64,000 nt of DNA from the NCBI GenBank assembly GCA_951406725.2, contig OX597820.1, forward strand, positions 118,544,001 to 118,608,000, in the 5' to 3' direction. The notes below the pieces were generated by a model. That model was not told the DNA's origin and ran no database searches. It worked only from the letters and a program-made list of their open reading frames with translations. The position numbers were made by a program, and so were the translations under genes. Of the stretch, positions 54,850-64,000 are shown piece by piece (within the stretch, counting starts at the first letter, position 1; the number at the start of each line of letters is the position of its first letter). The DNA is from Octopus vulgaris (lineage: Eukaryota).

Positions 54850-55240
54850 CTTGTGTCAGTCATCAGGTTATGGCCGGGCTGGAGCAATTTTAGTCGAACG
54901 AGTGGAATTCAGTACTTATTCTTTTAAGACCTGGTAATTATGCTTTCTAATCACTAGGTTGCGGGGACTTAAACACAGCAACACTGTTTGTCAAGCGGTG
55001 CGGGGGTGGAGTGGGAAGACACAGGCACACACACACACACACACACACAGAGGCACATACACACACAGGCACACACACAAATACACAAACACATGGGCGT
55101 CTTTCAGTTTCTGCTTTTAGATGCACTCATGAGGTCGACTCGAGGCCATTGTAGATGACATCATTTGCTCAAGGTTCCATCCAGTGGTAGCGAACCAGGA
55201 ATCACGTGGTCGGGAGCGAAACTATACCACACAGCCATGC
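54850..55240 (-). mobile_element. Old diverged family 1 SINE
   Basis: cagtcatcaggttatggccgggctggagc...accacacagccatgcc. Confidence 0.65.
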
Positions 55241-55529
55241 CATGTTGTGTAGTTCTACTCGCTAAAGTTTAGGAAGAATAACAGAAACAACACCGACAGC
55301 TTTTGTTTCCTGAAATCTGCCAGTCTGAGAGCGAAATGAATGCCGACTGTTTATATTCAGCGGATGCCAGAGACGAAGCCGGTTTCCACAGAAAGCAACG
55401 GACCAAAGCAACTGGTATGGAACAATAGCATTTCCGGAATTTGTAATCGGTCGTAGAAGTCAATTTTAACATGGAAAAGTAGCATAAAATAAAAAAAAAC
55501 ACTAATACACGAAAACCTATTCGTTTATT

Positions 55530-56347
55530 CTTGTATTCGTTTCAGCCATTTGGCTGCGGCCATGCTGGAGCACTGTCTTTAGTCGAACAAATCGACCCTA
55601 CAACTTATTCTTTGTAATCCTAGTACTTACCTTATCGGTCTCTTTTCTCGAACCGTTAAATCACGGGGGACGTAAAAACACCAACATCGGTTGTCAAGCG
55701 ATGGTAGGGGGCAAACACAGACACGCAAGCATACCCACCCACACTCTCACACGTTTATATATATATATATACACGACGGGATTCTTTCAGTTTCCGTCTA
55801 ACAAATCCACTCACAAGGTGTTGGTTGACCTGAGGTTATATAGTAAGGCGGCGAGCTGGCAGAAACGTTAGCACACCGGGCGAAATGCTAAGCGGTATTT
55901 CGTCTGCCGCTACGTTCTGATTTCAAATTCCACCGAGGTCGACTTTGCCTTTCATCCTTTCGGGGTCGATTAAAAAAGTACCAGTTGCACTCTGGAGTCA
56001 ATATAATCGACTTAATCAGTTTCTCCCCTCCGTGTAGCCCCTTGTGGGCAATAAAGAAATAAGAAACGTTAGCACGCTGGGCGAAATGTTTAGCGGTATT
56101 TCGTCTGCCGTTACGTTCTGAGTTCAAATTCCGCCGAGGTCGACTTTGCCTTTTATCCTTTCAGGGTCGATTAAATAGGTACCAGTTACGCACTGCAGTC
56201 GACGTAATCGACTTAATCTGTGTTTAGCCCCCTGTGGGCGATAAAGAAATATATATGTATATAGTAGAAGACGCCACACAGTGGGACTGAACCCGGAACC
56301 ATGTTGTTGGTAAACAAGCTACTTACCATACAACCGCACCTGCGCCT
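55530..56347 (-). mobile_element. Family 1 SINE with a nested family 2 dimer
   Basis: Nested insert 55846-56257 (+) with TSD tatatagta at 55837-55845 and 56258-56266. Confidence 0.85.
55846..56251 (+). mobile_element. Family 2 SINE dimer
   Basis: Junction aaagaaataagaaacgttagcacg at ~56053-56076. Confidence 0.88.
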
Positions 56348-57049
56348 ACACCAACATCTATGTGGGAATATCTTTTAAAATTAAACAAAGGGAGATAAAC
56401 TCAGACGGGCCAATAGCATGAATTGATTACAAAGGGCAACTATTCATTGTAACACACACGCAAAAATCCATAATTGAAATCTCTCTTATTTGGAGACAAG
56501 CAGTAACTATTGTACTCAAACAAGGGGGTCGGGTGGAAATTGAAGAAATCAGAGCTTAATCTAGAATTATAATCCAACGCCTATTTGCAGACTATGGAGA
56601 TGTTTGAGTTAGTTATTTTTACTATAACGTTTCCTAAACAAGAAGACAGGTTAGTTAATATATATGGTGACATAAAAAAGTCAAAAACCCATCTGTCGAA
56701 CACTTTTGCCCGGGTTGATACCTGTGATTTAAAATGTAATGAGCCGAGGAGAAATGACTGGAACGAACCGATGTTAGGAAGTAGGATAATTAAGTTAAAA
56801 TGTAGCATGCCAAAAAAATTGTTAATTATCTAAGATATTGTGTTATACACCGTGAGCGGCCATTTTATAATACCCCGTAATGTCAGATATCGCAACTAAA
56901 GTTTCCATTCGAAAACGCACACACATATACGCATGCATATGTGTGTATGGGGTGTATTTATATGTGTGATTATGACTGAGTAGACATGCATATGTAATAT
57001 ATGTGTGCAGGCATGTGCAAGTACATGCACGCACATCCATTCATCTGTA

Positions 57050-59665
<2,616 letters not shown>

Positions 59666-60109
59666 CACTTGCTTAATGTCAACGGAATTGCTGCATAAAA
59701 GTTACAGATTTGTAGATGATGTGGATTTTATTAAAACTGATGCTGAGTGTTTGTCTCTGGATCACGTCTCACGCAACTGCGATCTTCAGGCAAAAATCTC
59801 TCCTGAAGATTTAAAGACTAAAATCAATAATATAAACACAACAAAACAATATATTAAGAAGTCTTTTTTTTTTCTAGAAATCCTTCCCTAAGCCTCTGTC
59901 TTCTTGCCTTACATTATGTCTATCTAATTTACCTTATTCAATATTCTTTCTCATTTATACATGTTTTATTGATATCAATATCCGTATTACACTATTTGCT
60001 CTTAACCATTCGTTCCCGCTTTAATTTATATAAACGAAGCATGAAGTTTATTTTTATAATGTAACCATTATGTTTCTTTCTTGCGCTCCATCTCCATTCT
60101 AGAATGATA

Positions 60110-60600
60110 TTTTGCAAACAACTGGCACCATGCAAGTGCTACCTGTTGAGAACTCTGCATATCGGAAGCAAGCAAATATATGGGGTCATCAGAAGAGAAT
60201 GTGCGCCATTTCGAGGCCTACATCTCGACGGCATCGGTGCGCACCGAGACTCCTCACTGATATGAGGCCTCACTTGCTAGATCAAATAAAGCTCAATATT
60301 CTTCTAGCCATTGCTCATCGTCTCTTTTTAACCAAATCCATTGGCTAACCTTTTCCACTGTAGATTGGATATCGGTCATGGTGGTATTGACTTTACGATG
60401 AGTTAGGCCTAACAATAACAACAGTTGTCTCACACTGTGTCCAACAAACACTCTACATCCAACTTCGATTGGAAAATGCTCCGATTTCCATCCTGCGTCT
60501 TCACATTTCTCGAGGAAGTGTACATAACGGTCAATCTTTTGAGTTCGAGCAGCGTCCATGTTATCTTCATGAGGAACCGCAAATTCGACTAGATTCACAA
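60110..60600 (-). pseudogene. 3' end of a HERO/NeSL-like RLE-type LINE
   Basis: LVEFAVPHEDNMDAARTQKIDRY...CEDAGWKSEHFPIEVGCRVFVG...SQWIWLKR, then a 3' UTR. Confidence 0.8.
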
Positions 60601-60736
60601 CTTTCTTTCACACCACATTAAAATGTTCGTTTTTTTTTCGTAACAGGAATGTTTCTTTCTTGCTCGCCATCGCCCTTCTAGAATTTTTATTATATTCCCC
60701 ATCCGTTTTCTTTTTTTCTCAGAGCGGTCTTCTTTT

Positions 60737-60990
60737 TCTTCTTCTTCTTCTTCTTCTTCTTCTTCTTCTTCTTCTTCTTCTTCTTCTTCTTCTTCTTCTT
60801 CTTCTTCTTCTTCTTCTTCTTCTTCTTCTTCTTCTTCTTCTTCTTCTTCTTCTTCTTCTTCTTCTTCTTCTTCTTCTTCTTCTTCTTCTTCTTCTTCTTC
60901 TTCTTCTTCTTCTTCTTCTTCTTCTTCTTCTTCTTCTTCTTCTTCTTCTTCTTCTTCTTCTTCTTCTTCTTCTTCTTCTTCTTCTTCTTC
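60737..60990. repeat. (TTC)n pure triplet repeat, ~85 units
   Basis: Direct reading. Confidence 0.97.
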
Positions 60991-61032
60991 TTTATTATTT
61001 CTATTACTATTATTAATATTATTATTGTTACA

Positions 61033-61428
61033 GCGGCGAGCTGGCAGAAACGTTAGCACGGCGGGCGAAATGCTTAGCGGTATTTTCGTCTGTCGCTACG
61101 TTCTGAGTTCAAATTCCGCCGAAATCGACTTTGCCTTTCATCCTTTCGGGGTCGATTAAATAAGTACCACTTACGCACTGGGTCGATATAATCGACTTAA
61201 TCCCTTTGTCTGTCTTTGTTTGTCCTCTCTGTGTTTAGTCCTTGTGGGTAGTAAAGAAATAGGTATTTCGTCTGCTGCTACGTTCTGAGTTCAAAAACCA
61301 CCGGGGTCGATTTTACCTTTCCGCCTTTCGGAGTCGATAAATTAAGTACCATTCAAGAACTGGGGTCGATATAATCGACTGTTGCCCACCCCACAAATTC
61401 CAGGCCTTGTGCCTATTAGTAGAGAGGA
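61033..61428 (+). mobile_element. Family 2 SINE dimer whose second unit has a different subfamily tail
   Basis: Junction aaagaaatagg|tatttcgtctg at ~61263; second tail ggccttgtgcctattagtagagagg. Confidence 0.85.
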
Positions 61429-61576
61429 TTACTCTTGTTATTAATATTAATTAATGATTTACTGTGGGTTGCATTTGTCATTATTTTGATTTTAAACCGA
61501 ATTTTTATTTTTTAACTCTATTCTGGTTTAATTACGACATCGTGTGGTCTATCTTATTCTATAAATTTAAATACTT

Positions 61577-61989
61577 GTTTACTCTTTACTCTTTTACTCT
61601 TTTACTTGTTTCAGTCATTTGACTGCGGCCATGCTAGAGCACCGCCTTTAATCGAACAACTCGACCCCGGGACTTATTCTTTTGTAAGCCCAGTACTTAT
61701 TCTATCGGTCTCTTTTGCCGAACCGCTAAGTTACGGGGACATAAACACACCAGCATTGGTTCTCAAGCGATGCTAGGGGGACAAACACAGACACACAAAC
61801 ACACACATACATACATATATACATATATACGACAGGCTTCTTTCAGTTTCCGTCTACCAAATCCACTCACAAGGCATTGGTCGGCCCGGGGCTATAGTAG
61901 AAGACACTTGCCCAAGGTGCCGCGCAGTGGGACTGAACCCGGAACCATGTGGTTGGTAAACAAGCTACTTAGCACACAGCCACTCCTCT
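61577..61989 (-). mobile_element. SINE family 1
   Basis: Reverse complement of the 7772-type element. Confidence 0.9.
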
Positions 61990-62584
61990 ACGACTTATTT
62001 TTAATGATTATTCGACTCATCTCAATGTTTGCATTACTTTCCGTTACGGCTAACCGCTTTTTTTTTTCATCCAGCCACATACTGTTATCTTGAAAAGTGG
62101 TGGCCCTATCAGCTTTAAATGCTTATGCATTGAGTGGATAAACATGAACACAGATGAAAACTTGTAAATCGAAGAGGCCAGGGAGCAGAAGAAAGAAGAA
62201 GAAAGAAGACATGCACCCAACACCAGAGCTGAAGACACCTCCGAAAGGGAGGTCCTGCCACGTCAAAACGGTAGTGGAGTAGGGGCCGAAACCGGACGTG
62301 GTTCCTTCTGATGATATCTTGAGCTAACTGGATCCTATAAAAGAGCTGTTGTGGTAGCAGACCACGAAACACGGTTGTAATTCCTTCCTATTATTATCTT
62401 GACTTCTCACAACAGTCTAACAGTCAAGTGAATGTCTGAGTAGGCGTTTGAGAAATTTTTCAGCTTTAGTAAATTAGTATCATATAATTTTGGTATCTCT
62501 GTAATATTTTCTCCCTCATCTTTTGCACCTATGGGCTCACATAAGTGTATCTATCTAGTATAATGCTTATTGTGCGAAGATATG

Positions 62585-62961
62585 TTTAGTCTTATATTTA
62601 GACTGCCATATTAGTATGGCGATAACTAAGTCTTTAGAGAGACTTAGGAATTTTAATATTTCTATTATTGAAAACAAGTGGATGTATTCCACTGTAACTA
62701 GGTAAATAAAATCTTCGAACAGACGGTCAGTAGCGACACCTGCTGGTTCTGACTACGCTGCATTGATAAAGGGCAACAACCCTGAAACATGTCTGCAGAT
62801 GTCTGACTAGCAAGGTGAAGCGGCTGACCTCCCTGTTCGAAGGTTGTAATGGACGCAGGTTCGTGTATCATATAGCTAGCTAGAGGCGGTGGCCTCTTGG
62901 AGCTAATCAGCGACAGCTTTAGTTTTATATTTAGACTGCCATATTAGTATGGCGATAACTA

Positions 62962-62967
<6 letters not shown>
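62585..62967 (+). mobile_element. Family A retrozyme-like element: terminally redundant ~333-bp unit with an HHR, ending in (TA)n
   Basis: 44-bp direct repeats at 62585-62628 and 62918-62961 (1 mismatch); central HHR; no ORF. Confidence 0.75.
62758..62798 (+). ncRNA. Type I hammerhead ribozyme, U3-A8 core variant
   Basis: CTGCA-TTGATAA-AGGG-CAACAA-CCCT-GAAA-CATG-TC|TGCAG: 5-bp stem I, 4-bp stem II, palindromic stem III ACATGT, predicted GUC cleavage after 62793. Confidence 0.85.
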
Positions 62968-63021
<54 letters not shown>

Positions 63022-63214
63022 CATATATATATATATACATATATGTGTGTGCGTGTGTGAGACTGTGTGCATGTGTGTGTGTGTATGTGTGTGCTTGTGA
63101 TTTTCCAACTTTCCTGTGAAATTTATAAACGCGAATAGTTTTAGGTTTCGAATCAATAAATAACAATTGAAACAAATAAAAAACACATGTATACACGCAA
63201 AAACACACCCGCAA

Positions 63215-64000
<786 letters not shown>

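Noticed and set aside
60181-60220. GAAA...CTGATGA on the minus strand in the HERO-like 3' UTR
   Set aside because: Stem I is too short and stem II does not pair
62228-62250. CTGAAGA cacctcc GAAA as an HHR
   Set aside because: The GAAA is the loop of an acctcc/ggaggt hairpin; no stem II

Overview
Eukaryotic, AT-rich, repeat-saturated non-coding DNA. The SINE families and the very dense (TA)n/(CA)n/(TATC)n/(GAA)n/(TAA)n microsatellites are most consistent with an octopod cephalopod; this is inferred, not verified. I found no intact host gene, and most ORF-track entries are microsatellite artefacts. The window holds about 25 tRNA-derived SINE copies from at least 4 families, 5 non-autonomous Helitrons, hAT and Tc1/pogo MITEs, decayed LINE fragments (RTE, CR1, R4/Dong, HERO/NeSL-like), an ORF1-only L1/Tx1-like insertion, a decayed Penelope-like element (RT + GIY-YIG) and a 3.4-kb modular satellite. 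The most interesting signal is a set of short non-coding elements carrying minimal type I hammerhead ribozyme (HHR) motifs, from four unrelated families (20.3, 22.3, 54.6, 62.8 kb), several sitting in (TA)n and arranged as inverted or direct partial repeats. The best copy (62585-62967) is a terminally redundant ~333-360-nt unit with an HHR carrying a U3-A8 core variant at the tip of a long rod, plus a covarying three-hairpin module shared with copies at 1.7, 6.5 and 21.1 kb. It looks like a retrozyme or non-autonomous Penelope-type (possibly circular RNA) system.
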